DNA of 62,380 nucleotides, counting the filler, from Rhabdomonas costata (lineage: Eukaryota), in NCBI GenBank assembly GCA_019059605.1. It is 30 parts of 30 records of this genome, joined end to end, with 100 filler letters (N's around TTAATTAATTAA, not from the genome) between each part and the next. Parts side by side here need not be neighbours in the genome. Positions count along the whole stretch, not along the records: positions 22,895 to 24,865 come from JAHMHO010006760.1; positions 24,966 to 26,946 come from JAHMHO010006761.1; positions 27,047 to 29,066 come from JAHMHO010006762.1; positions 29,167 to 31,181 come from JAHMHO010006763.1; positions 31,282 to 33,262 come from JAHMHO010006764.1; positions 33,363 to 35,342 come from JAHMHO010006765.1; 24 more parts are not named here. One strand, 5' to 3'. The notes beneath the pieces are model-generated. The model did no database searches and had not been told where the DNA came from. It worked only from the letters and a program-made list of their open reading frames with translations. The position numbers and the translations under genes are program-made. How positions within the stretch are numbered: position 1 is the stretch's first letter; each line of letters opens with the position of its first letter. Shown here piece by piece: positions 23,209 to 34,216 of the stretch.

Positions 23209-24865
23209 ATGATCGGACGTAAGACGCGCAAGACCCGCGTCACGGCTGACCCCAGGCATGCCTTCCCGTCTTGCACGCATACTTGTTCACACTTCCCACA
23301 CCCTTGCCGTGTGTAAAATGGGTGGACGTTCGTCCCTGGTGCTGTGTCCCGTCACAACGGGAAGCGAAACTGACTTCTGTTCCGTTCTCCCTCCCTCCGT
23401 GAACTGTGTTCGTTTGCTTTCCTTTGCTTGTTTTAGCGATCCCGATGGTCTCACTGTGGTGGACTGGAACTCGCTGGAGTCCAAATTCCAGGTCTGCATT
23501 CTCTTTTTTTCCGGGAGGGGGGGGTGTCGAGGCTCTGATTACAGTTCTCTGTCATCCCCACCTCGCAATCGTTTGAAAGTTTCTTCGTTTTTCACATCAT
23601 TTTTCTTTGCTATTTTGGACCAAAAACCACGTTTTTGGTTTTTAGCTCTCTTAGCCTTTTCGGTTTTTTGACGGATTTACGATTTACCAATACTAACGCA
23701 CCCTGAAACAAGAGACAAGTATTTTTTACATCGGTTTTTTCGCACACTTTGGGGGAGGAGCTTATTTAGGGGTTGTCTCTGAGATCGCTGTGGGTTTTTT
23801 CGGTTGCGGGTATTTTTATGCGCTGATGGGAAGTGGGAGTGGAAGCAAATAAAAGGACGTGACCAACTCATTCCCAAACTTTCTTCTCTCACACCTTCAT
23901 GTCTGTTTTTGTGTTTTGGGTACCACCCCGAAACTGCTTTCACCTGTTATTTTGTTCGCGCGACGGTGAACAATAATTTTTCTCTATTTCTTTCTGCTGC
24001 ATACAGGAGCTAACGTCCATGCTCAATGCGCCGTCCTCTGGGCTGAATGCCAGCCAGGCTCGGCAAAAGCAGAAGCAGCAAGTGGAGCAGGCCATTGTGC
24101 GTACCCCAACTTTGCTCTGTGCTAGTACGTTCATTGTCTCTGGTGAACACATTAGCAGGCGCGCATTCCCTGCCGAGTGAGCGATACAACCATACCGCCA
24201 CAAATGAATGAAGCGGGAGGATCCGATGAAACCCACTTGTTAGCTGCTCTGTGCTGGCGCTTTTGATGGATACTATCTGGTTGGATTAATTTTAGATTAG
24301 GTGAATCGGGTGAACCGATGACCGTTTAGCTAAATGTACACAAGAGTTGTCCCTGTTTTCTTGGCATCGCAACAAATTTAACCCAAGGAAACGCTTCTGG
24401 AAATGGCCCAGGGAGAAGCCCGAAGGCTTCTAGTCGAGGGCAACGCGCAAGCCTCCGTGGAGGTGTCGTCTGCCCGGCTCTCACTCCATCTCTTCGCTTG
24501 TCTGACAGCTTCTACTTTTCGGGTGAACGCTTTCTCCCGTTGTGCTGTCCGCTGGTTCCCCGACACTGCCCCTCGATGGCCAACCATGATGATCGAAACT
24601 TCCTCACGATTTGCAGAGACTAAAACCCTCACCACAGCGTACGGTTCGTTCGGTCCTGTACTTTTGTCCTGTCTTCTGTACTCTGCGGAGTTTGCTTTGA
24701 TACAAAGTCTCAGTTCCAAATCACTTCCCGTGACAAAGTGAGCATGTGCGGAGCATTCGTGCTGTAATTGCAGGGGGGCCTCCGGTCGCTTAAGCTCAAG
24801 GAGGCGTACTACGGCAGCGGAAGCTTGCAGCTGGTCCCCTGCTACTTTCACCTTGCCCGGACAAA
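23209..24865 (+). CDS. ZMYND12-like axonemal TPR protein, N-terminal exons (partial)
   Basis: Exons 23209-23255 (inferred, GC donor), 23437-23491, 24007-24096, 24388-24462 and 24774-24865. 'VDWNSLESKFQEL' and 'ARRLLVEGNAQASVEGGLRSLKLKEAYYGSGSLQLVPCYFHLA' align by eye with the ZMYND12 N-terminal region. Confidence 0.72.
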
Positions 24866-24985
24866 NNNNNNNNNNNNNNNNNNNNNNNNNNNNNNNNNNN
24901 NNNNNNNNNTTAATTAATTAANNNNNNNNNNNNNNNNNNNNNNNNNNNNNNNNNNNNNNNNNNNNGGAGGGTGTACCCTCCGCAG

Positions 24986-26946
24986 CTTGTGGGTGCGCTG
25001 AAGTACTTCCCATTCTGGAACGGCAGTCATGTTCTGCATGGGATGCACAACTCTTCGTGGGACGGGCAGCTGTGCGGTTTTCACCGAGGTGCAGTGCTGC
25101 TCTGTTTCGATCCGTTTTTCATTCAGGTCTCTTATGGATTTAGTATACTGCGCTAAACGGGTTACGCAAACACTGTCTGTCACATGACCCTTTGGATTTC
25201 GTCTCGCTTCTGTTTACGATTTTTCTGGTGGAGGCCGTGTATTTCTCCCTTTTGGAGTTTCAGATGGCGTGCTTCCAATCAATAGCTTTCGTTGGAGTGA
25301 GGTGTTGAGGGCGCGAGATGTTCGCAACCACTACGCGCAAGTTGGGGAATCGCGTCCTCTTTAGATTTTCTGTAGATCCAAACGTACGAGACACGGTGGG
25401 TGCTCGTCCAGGTGTCCTTGGCAAGTGAGTCACCTGCTTCCTTTGTGCTTGGGTTCAGGGGAGGCTACCTTTCCATCACTTCGGAACGTCACTCCAAATC
25501 CCTTCAAGGTGGGAAACCTCACGATCACCTACATGGAGTTGTGCGGGAGCCAATTTTTTTCGCAGCGGCTTCGATCGGCGTGCAACCCAACAGTACGGCA
25601 GATATTTGTTGTTCACTCCTACCTATGGGACGTGCAGCTCGGAAATCTCGTCTCCTCGGGAATCTACGAAGCTCTACAGGAGCTGCACAGGCTGGGTGCC
25701 AGCTCTCGCACAATTCTGGTGGGGCCCTTTGCCAAGCACAGAATTGCCAGTGTGGTCAGCAGGTAGGTGTCACTAGGCTCCAGGGTGTTGTGGCTCTGCG
25801 CAAGGCGTTGCACGGGCGCCCTCTCCCTCCTTTCTCTCTATTTACAAGCCACGGGTTCGTAAGGAGCCGAGACTTGCTGCGCGCGCATTAACGACGTGAG
25901 GGCTGGGCAGGGCTAGGAGTGGAGGTTGGCCTCCCCTTCGGCCATATTGATTCTTCCCGGAATCGAGAATTTTTTTTCGAACTTTTGTTTTAAAACACAG
26001 TCACGACAGCAGTGCACAGAGTGTTCAGGGTCCGCGAAAAAGGCAACGCAATAATTTACGCTGGCGAGGAAGGAAAGGACTTGTAGAGAATGCGTCGAGG
26101 CCAAGTGATTGTAGAGGGAAAGCGTGAAGAAAAGCGGAGAATAGGTGCCGTGGATGTGGTGTGATTCAAAAGGGGGCAAAAGCAACAAATGTACCCGGGA
26201 ATTTAGGAGGAAGGGGGGAGGCAGGCCTGTGCGCTAAGTGCTGAGAAATTTTTTGCAGCGGATGGGGACCCCAAGTTCCAAATGATCATGAGTTGGCGTC
26301 CAAGAGGGGCCCATTGGCACCCTCAGGCTGAGCTGACGCCCTTATTTTTCTGTGGAAACTGTTGGAAACCAGTGGAAACCAAAAGCTTACCGTATTTTGA
26401 ATGATTTCTTTTAGATTAAGAGCAGGGTTTTGGTTAGACTTCTCTGTGTATCTGAATTATTCATTTTAGAAGTCCCCATTGCCACCCCATTGCGCGGCAG
26501 TGGGGTGAGAATGGGAATAAAGGTTTAGTTGCAGGCCTGCTGCTGAACCACTGCAAGTCAAGAAGTTTCTCATGTGTTTGGAATTTCAATGTTTCAATGG
26601 GGTGGTGAGAGTCTCTGAAGAAAGGTGCAATTTGGGAGGTTCCCTCCACTCTTCGCTGCAGGGCAAGCCTGGTAAACGACCAATACCGCGAGCTTGCACG
26701 GCTCTTCAACGTCAGCTTTGTGGACGCCCAACAGCTCACCTTTAGCCGCCCAGACCGCTCGCAGGATTCTTTCCACTACTTTCCCAGGAAATGCGTGTTG
26801 TCAATGATCTCAAATGTTGCCCCTTCTGCGGACTTGATTGGATGTTTCCGGCCGGACTTATGGGTGTTCACGGTATCGCTCTCGGTGAGCAACATTGTGG
26901 CGAACCTTGTGGAAAGGATGCGCCGGGAGCCCCTCCAAAACCCCCC
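24986..26946 (+). CDS. SGNH/GDSL-hydrolase-like protein (NXPE/TBL-like C-terminal domain), four exons (partial)
   Basis: Exons 24986-25088, 25264-25301, 25509-25762 and 26662 to the contig end keep phase (1, 0, 2). Contains 'FVVHSYLWDV' and 'VSFVDAQQLTFSRPDRSQDSFHY' with the DxxH block. Confidence 0.68.
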
Positions 26947-27154
26947 NNNNNNNNNNNNNNNNNNNNNNNNNNNNNNNNNNNNNNNNNNNNTTAATTAATT
27001 AANNNNNNNNNNNNNNNNNNNNNNNNNNNNNNNNNNNNNNNNNNNNCAAACTGATTTAAAATAAATTTTCAGCACTCGTGAGCGTTTGTTACTGAGCAGG
27101 ACGGCCTTGTGGTGCTGTGCGTCATCTCCGAACTCCGTTTGGATTGTTCACAAG

Positions 27155-28065
27155 GTAGCATTGGTGACTCCCGTAAGCGGGCTTCCTACCGCAATGAGTC
27201 GATCTTCTACACTCAGCTGGCTCCTTTAGTGATGGCTGGGGTTTCTGGAGCGTTGAAGCTGCCATGTTTCATTCCTGCGGCACTGGCAGTACAGCCGAGG
27301 TTTGCTACAACTAATTACGCGCACTTCCTCACTCACCAGTTTTTCCTTGAATCACATGGAAGAAGCGGTTGTTCGAGGAAAAATGACACAAGCGTTCGCC
27401 CGTCAGGTTGGGTTGTTCGTTGAAGCTTTGCAGGTGTTTGAAGGGTTTCGAAAGCCTGCCAATTGTCAGAATGTTCGTGTGATCATTGTTTGTTTCGCTT
27501 GTTGAAACTTCCGTTTCCAAAGATGGAGCAGAACTCAGGCAACTCAGGCGACATAACCAGCACATGGATTAAGTGCGTTCGGGAGGGTCTTTAGAGTTGG
27601 GGGAGTCACAAACAAAGAAAGCTGTGTTCATTCGCGTATGGAAACGTCAGTTCCCGGTGATTGACTTGCGGGTTTCGTTAACTTCCCCGTTATCTTCTCT
27701 CCTTTTTTAGTCCTGAAGTGGAGACTGACTCCCGCACTTTCATTCTGACTGACCTGGCCCGAGGATTTCCGGTCCACTCCAGCTCACTCAATCTGGACCA
27801 AACTCGGACAGCACTCCGATGGCTAGCGGGCTTTCACGCCCTTTTCTGGCACTACCCTTGCCACAGCCCTCTCTTGAGAGAAGGACACCACAAAAGCTCT
27901 TCCGAACCTTCCTGTCGTAGAGACGGGCACCGTGGAGCTCGCCCACGAGGCACTGGGTGCGGCGAGATTGCTCCCCAGGGGTCGTACTGGTATTTGGAGA
28001 CCCGCTTAGAAGAATTCGCCAGGCTCACCGCCGCGAAGCACAGCAGGATAAAGGCCGCTGCAAAG
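27155..28065 (+). CDS. Ecdysteroid-kinase-like / APH-family phosphotransferase, two exons (partial)
   Basis: Exons 27155-27299 and 27711-28065 join in phase 2. Motifs 'RKRASYRNESIFY', 'FILTDL', 'ALRWLAGFHALFW', 'GSYWYLETRLEE'. Confidence 0.75.
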
Positions 28066-28449
28066 GTGGGTCTTTCTCCTGGGTTCCGAAACTTTTGATG
28101 AACTCTCTGCTGTGCAAAGGAAACAACCGCCATGCAGCGTTTCGGGAGGCCTTGCTTTCTATAACCAGACGCTTGGCGCAAAATTTTGGTCTGCGCTGGC
28201 TACAGGGGTAAAGTTTGAGAATTTAATGCACAAAGCCTCAGAAAAGCACAGGACAACGCAGTAAACGGCGTAACGTATCTTGAACAGAAAACTTCCCGCC
28301 GCTGCATGCCCCTTTCTGTATTTGATGTTAACTGGTCAGAAAGTCAGAAAGTCAGAAAGTCAGAAAGTGGTGGCTCCAAGGACCAGCCGCGCAGCGCGTG
28401 GGGAGGCTGCAATTGCAAAAGACCCGAGGAATGATTTGGTTCCAACCTC

Positions 28450-28451
<2 letters not shown>

Positions 28452-28488
<37 letters not shown>

Positions 28489-28624
28489 GATGGGCACGGC
28501 GCACACACCAAATTCGCGTCGTGTCGTCCAGCACGAACAGTAGCACCGAGAACGCGCCAAAAAACCAACAGGTGTGCAGAACAAGAAGCACAAGGACACG
28601 CCACAGCACACCGCGCCAAGGCGC

Positions 28625-28662
<38 letters not shown>

Positions 28663-28813
28663 GATGGGCACGGCGCACACACCCTCACCCAAATTCGCGT
28701 CGTGTCGTCCAGCACGAACAGCAGCACCGTGAACGTGCCAAAAAAAACAGGTGTGCAGAACAAGCAGCACGAGGACACGCCACAGCACACCGCGCCAAGG
28801 CGCCATGTGTGTG
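28452..28813 (+). repeat. Two tandem copies of a ~175-bp (GT)n-bounded interspersed repeat
   Basis: Units 28452-28626 and 28627-28813 each read (GT)n-CGGATGGGCACGGCGCACAC...GTCCAGCACGAACAG...GAACAAG.AGCAC.AGGACACGCCACAGCACACCGCGCCAAGGCGCCA. Confidence 0.95.
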
Positions 28814-29962
28814 ACGGCGGCCCCCGTCGGTCGCCTCCCCGTGCACACGGGGAAACCCACCACACCCGGCCCGCTGAGGTGAAGGTGACCTTCCTGAACA
28901 ACCAAGCCGTTCACCTGCAGCTGCCTCACGTGCTTCGAGACCCGCAAGTGTGCAGCTTGCACCATGAGCCTGAGGCTGCAGCGGCAATCATGGTTGTTTA
29001 CAAGTTCCAGCCTCAGATTCAGGCGGCAACTATGCGAAGGCGGCACATACACAAACGCGAACAAACNNNNNNNNNNNNNNNNNNNNNNNNNNNNNNNNNN
29101 NNNNNNNNNNTTAATTAATTAANNNNNNNNNNNNNNNNNNNNNNNNNNNNNNNNNNNNNNNNNNNNTTGGCCTCTCCTGAGCTCACGTGCACGCGGCTAA
29201 GATCTTGACATCGCCTCGCATGCTTTCCTGCAGCACCACACAGCCACAGCGATTAGACCGACGCCCCCAGAATCACCCTTGCAATGACGGCCGCAGCCTG
29301 ACCCGCAAAGGTAATATCGGGGCAAGTATCCGGGCTGGGACGCAAGTTCAGAGATGGGCTGACTGGACAGAAGAGCTTGGTCGAGCGGGCTCTGGGAAGG
29401 GACGGTGAGCACAACATGCACAACGGGCCGGATGCCGAGGAATGGTTAGAATGGACGGTGGAGCGCGAGATGGAGAGAATCACAGGCCCCGGTGTGAGGG
29501 CGGGCTGGATCAGCGAGCCCCCAAGAAGGGCGAGTGGCGAGTGGCAGTGGGGAGCGGAAAGCCTGAGGTGGGACAGGAGCCGCCCGGTTCAGCACGAGAG
29601 AAGGGGGCAATGGCAGCGATAGGGAGATCAGAGAGGGAGTGAGGAAGCAATACGGAGGGCCCTCAAGGGCACGAAGATATGCCCGGGCAAGTGGAGAGTG
29701 GAGAGAAGTGAGGTCCAGATGGCAGCAGAGACAGAGTAAGGTGACGATGCCCGTCCACGAGGAAAGCGGTCTAAACCCGGAGTGGGATGGAGGACCCAAA
29801 CCCACAAGGGCAAAAGCGCAAAGGGAAGTGTACGAGCGTGGAAGGTTGGGTGCCCACAAAGAGATCTCTAAACGCGCCAATCGGGGTTCCCCAGGCCCCG
29901 CGTACACTGTGGATTGTAAGTCAACCCTACGTGACAAGACAGCGGTGCAAGGTCCCAGGCCG

Positions 29963-30069
29963 ACAAGGGTGTGAGGCCCGATGGGCCCATGCCCCATCGA
30001 AAGGTGAGAGCCCAGGGGGGAATTGGACCTCAAGGCCTCCCCAGAAAAAATCCATCCTTGCCATTGCAC

Positions 30070-30115
<46 letters not shown>
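29963..30115 (+). repeat. Interspersed repeat 3' terminus with a (TG)n tail
   Basis: Collinear with 35468-35605: ACAAGG..TGTGA..GATGGGCCCA.GCCCCATCGA..CCCAGGG..CAGAAAAAATC..CCAAG followed by TG-rich sequence. Confidence 0.75.
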
Positions 30116-30116
<1 letters not shown>

Positions 30117-30163
30117 CTTTGTGCCTTCCTCGCCACACCCGAGACCCCGAGACACCAGTCTCA

Positions 30164-30311
30164 TGTGTGTGTCACACCGTCACCCCAATGCCCTTCGTCT
30201 CGTCCAGCACGAACAGCAGCATCCTGAACGCCCCAAAAAACCAACAGTGTGCAGAACAAGCAGCACAAGGACACGCCACAGCACACCGCGCCAATGTGCA
30301 ATGTGTGTGTG
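30164..30311 (+). repeat. Third copy of the ~175-bp repeat
   Basis: Shares CGTCCAGCACGAACAGCAGCA...GTGTGCAGAACAAGCAGCACAAGGACACGCCACAGCACACCGCGCCAA with the 28452-28813 copies. Confidence 0.92.
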
Positions 30312-30348
30312 CACTCGAAGCATTCCTCTCCTGGTCCCCGTCCCTCAG

Positions 30349-30636
30349 CTGATCGAGTGGCACCGCGCCTACCTGACGATGGTGCAGGACTGTGTGACCT
30401 CCAACAAGGGGATGGTGGACAAGGTCCTGGGCGACCGCGTGGTGTGCCTGTGGAACGTCCCCAAGCGGTGCGCCCGCGCGGAGTACTACGCTGTGAAGGC
30501 CGGGCTGGCGATGACCTCGCGATGGGAGCAGGCGACGGCGGCCCTGAGGATGGCCGGTAGCCCGGAGCTGGCGATCCGGGTGGGTATTGCGAACTCTCTG
30601 GTGACCTTCGGGAACTTCGGAAGTGACACTATGAAG
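30349..30636 (+). CDS. Class III adenylate/guanylate cyclase catalytic-domain exon (partial)
   Basis: AG/GT-bounded 96-codon exon reading 'GMVDKVLGDRVVCLWN...IRVGIANSLVTFGNFGSDTMK'. It keeps the GD metal-binding Asp and the ATP-specifying Lys. Confidence 0.87.
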
Positions 30637-32093
30637 GTGGCTGAGTGCCATCCTCTTCTCGGATTTTCTGTCATGGGAGGCGATTTTAAACAGCTGTACC
30701 CGGGGATCCCTCCCCCCTGGCGTTGAGGGATTGCGTTAGCAAAGGGGTGGTATGACTGAATGCTCTAAAACAATCAGTCCAGCTCCTCTGTCTTCACAAA
30801 GCCCGATCCAAGGAGCGCAGAAAACGGCCTCATTTCAACAGCAAAAAAAGGGCAGCTGTGTATGGAACATGTCACATGTGGATAAAAAGGCATATATAGG
30901 GGGGTTCCCCACCGATTCTCTTTGAGCTCAGGATTCCTGCCACAGTCAGTGGCGCTTTTCACGTTTTACTCTGGCTTTTAAACAACTTTGAAGGGGTTAG
31001 AGGTGGTTTCGGTTCACGTATACCAGGGGGGATTGACGTGATGCTAGTTTGTCAGTGTGTATCCCAAGGCTTTATCTTTTCGCTCTTCTCTCGCTTCGTC
31101 CTTCTCCCAAAGGCCAGGCGGACACGAAAAAAGCAGACACCGGGAAAAAAGTACAACCTTTCGGCACCCGTTGAAAGGGAANNNNNNNNNNNNNNNNNNN
31201 NNNNNNNNNNNNNNNNNNNNNNNNNTTAATTAATTAANNNNNNNNNNNNNNNNNNNNNNNNNNNNNNNNNNNNNNNNNNNNGGGGTGGTTGGTACGGTGC
31301 TGCGAAAGTAAAAAATCATAAGGAAAACGGAAACCCAAAAGGAGAGCAGATGCACAAAGGTGCTGCGTGTGTCCGCCACACACCTGAAAAGCATTTCACC
31401 AAAAAAGTCACCAGCCCTGTTTCTCTCTCTCGCTGTTGATAAGCGGTTACATGCTGAAATCCAAATTTCCCTTCCGGAAAATACCTCCACTCAAACGAAT
31501 CCGCGCTACAGTTGCGAGTGACACAGCATTCGTTTGAGGACGGAGGGCAGTCCGTAATGCGGCCAGAGCGGACGGCTAAGGGGAAACTGTGCAAAGCCCC
31601 CGGATTGGTCTGGTCCAGTGCTGTGGAATGGTTAATGGTGAGGGTGAACGAAAAACCAAATCGGCTGGCGATACGGCTTGCACTACACACCATTTTGCGG
31701 ATAGACTCAAATTGCTCTCACAACTGTGTTCGGCGTCCAAATTCCGGCACAGCACCAAAGAACGGTGCAGAGAGGAAGAATTGATAAAGTGGAGGAGAGG
31801 GAGAAGCAGAGGAAGAATAGAAGCGTGACAATATAAAACTGGAGCACCACCTCGACCCATCCGCACATATTGGCTTTCTATGCATCACAGTGCTTTTGCG
31901 CTCATGCAGCTGTCAAGATCAATAGGAGTATTAGACCATTGGGATTATTGTTGTTGGTATCATCATACGGAACGGTTGCGTCATCAAACAGAAGTTCAAA
32001 CAAAGCCTCCCCAGGTGAAATGTGGCATCTAAAAAGATAAATTCATTGGGTTAAGAAATTATTTCCTTCCAAATCTCGCGGTCTTGCACGTAC

Positions 32094-33118
32094 CCCCAGG
32101 GCAAGGCTCTTCGAAGAGTACATCCCAGCCATTCACCACAACCATCCTGTCCTCCTGGATGCGCCTCTTGCCCACCTCGGAACATGTGTAGACCTGCACC
32201 GCGAACGAACAGAAAGAACAACCGTGGGCGCAAGTTCCTCCTGCTACCAATTGTTGCACGAGGATCACGGGAAGAGGAGCGAAAAAAGGGGTGAAAGAAA
32301 AAACACGGCGGAGGGGAGGATTGTGCGTGCAATGTGTGTGGGAAGCACCGCTTAAGAAAAGACCCCCCCCCAATTTGACACCTGTGCTTGAAGTGCAGTG
32401 CTGCTGGCCATGGGAGGACGCTGGGGCTCCTCCAGAGCCTTCTCCAGCTCCTCCAGCACCAGCGTTCGCAGCTCACTCTCATCGACCTGCCAACGCAACA
32501 AAGCGGGTGTGGGTTTCAGACAGATCCGTCTTACCTGAAAAGTGAGTGAATATCCTTCTCAGTGTGCCAAAAACACACAAAGCCGTCGTACAGGATGAAA
32601 AAACCCAACAAACCAATCTACAAATACAAATCCCGGCTCGTTATGGCACAATCTTTGGTATCCTTTGAGCTAGCGGGTGAAAGTGCCTAAATTTAATAAA
32701 CCTGGTGTCGCTGCTATGTCCAGGTGGTCACTGGGATGAGGTCACCCAGCCTTAAGGCGTGAGATTCTAACATCCACTTAATGAAGTACCCCCCCCCCGC
32801 CCCAATCTTGAGGGAGCCTGGATGCCCTGCACGGCTCCCAGCCACGGAAGAGAAGGCAAGGTGGGTGAGCCTGCATGTGTGCGCACACGCACCATGGGCT
32901 GAGCACTGCTGCCGTCCACCAGCTTGGACTGCGCCATGCTACAGATGTGTTTGCTGGTGCTGAGGACCCACGCACACTCCGAATGGGACAGGAGTTTGTC
33001 GTGGTCATGGGTCCTCTGCAGCTCTGTGATCACCATGGCCTGCACAAACGGCTGCACCTGAGAGCCATCACAGCGAACCGGGAGGACCCACTTCCTGTAC
33101 TCAACTATGATCACAGTG
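32094..33118 (-). CDS. PP2C/PPM phosphatase-like protein, three exons (partial)
   Basis: Exons 33118-32893, 32486-32382 and 32193-32094 join in phase. The last reads VYTCSEVGKRRIQEDRMVVV, matching PP2C motif 1 (G.R..[MQ]ED). Confidence 0.55.
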
Positions 33119-33369
33119 CTGACAAGAGTGTGAAGAAGCGTTGTAGTGCATCCAAGAATGCAAGAACGGGTGCAGAATCCAGATTATCATGTTCCATGTC
33201 CATCAAGAAGTGCGTGAAGGAGAGAGTGTGGTTTCAGTGTCTGCCTCCCCTCTCCACCCCCCNNNNNNNNNNNNNNNNNNNNNNNNNNNNNNNNNNNNNN
33301 NNNNNNTTAATTAATTAANNNNNNNNNNNNNNNNNNNNNNNNNNNNNNNNNNNNNNNNNNNNTGTTTTG

Positions 33370-33499
33370 GTTAACGGAACAGCTGAGATGCAAGGTAGAT
33401 AAAGAGGGAGATGTGCCTTTTTGTCCCCGTCTTTTTGTGATGGTGCGGAAAGGTACATCTCCCTCTTTATCTACCTTGCATCTCAGCTGTTCCGTTAAC
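33370..33499. repeat. 51-bp near-perfect inverted repeat with a 28-nt loop
   Basis: Arms 33370-33420 and 33449-33499 have one mismatch (a G.T pair). Confidence 0.95.
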
Positions 33500-34021
33500 G
33501 AAAAGGCACGAGTAGTGTAGATTTTATGGGAGTGAAACTGAAAAAAATGTCAGTGTGTCTTTTTCCTCATCTGTGTTCGCCAATTTTGAATGGAGCTTCA
33601 GCACAAACGATGCGAAGCTGCACACATTCTCTGAGGTGGGGCTTTGTTCGCATCATGAGAGTGTTTATTGGTACAGTCGAGGCTTTGCAAAGATTTTTAA
33701 CGACATTCAGCATGTATGACTGAAAGTGTGATAAAAGGCTGAACTTTGATTTGCCATTTTCAAAAGTCTTTCCTTGGCTGTCACCTGGGTTGCTGTCGTC
33801 GGCTCTGCGGCAATGCAGGCTGTTTCTATCATTATCTGTATTATCCTTGTTTGAAGCCCCTCACATCACCACTCGCTTCTTTACGCTCACTTCTACAGGC
33901 TGCTTTTTCGGGGAAATTCTCCCTCCCCATCCGTTTTGGCGGTAGCCTTGCTGTCTTGAGTCCCCGAGTGAGGTTTTGGTGTTGTTGGGCTTTGGCTTAA
34001 GGCGGTGGGTGAGTGACGGGG

Positions 34022-34123
34022 ATGAGCGGGCGCGGTGTCTACGTGGGAAACCTCCCCAGTGACACCCGTGAAGGGGATCTGCGGGATCTCTTCTCAAAAT
34101 ATGGCAAGATCGAGGACTGCAGG
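34022..34123 (+). CDS. SR-type splicing factor RRM, first coding exon (partial)
   Basis: MSGRGVYVGNLPSDTREGDLRDLFSKYGKIEDCR, then a GTGTGG donor. RNP2 is 'VYVGNL', as in SRSF1-like proteins. Confidence 0.82.
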
Positions 34124-34216
34124 GTGTGGACATGCGCTGATTCTGCTCCATCGTTCTTCCAGCGTCCATTCATTTCTATCCCATCCCATCCCATTGTCCT
34201 ACCCTGGAATGGGTAG

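Noticed and set aside
28335..28368. (GTCAGAAA)4, whose reverse complement begins ACTTTCTGA like the Euglena spliced leader
   Set aside because: Only about 9 nt match inside a simple tandem 8-mer. The rest of the leader, the GT donor and the SL RNA structure are absent.
28344..29118. Long overlapping ORFs with CVCVCV/THTHTH runs
   Set aside because: They are translations of (GT)n microsatellites and the 175-bp repeat.
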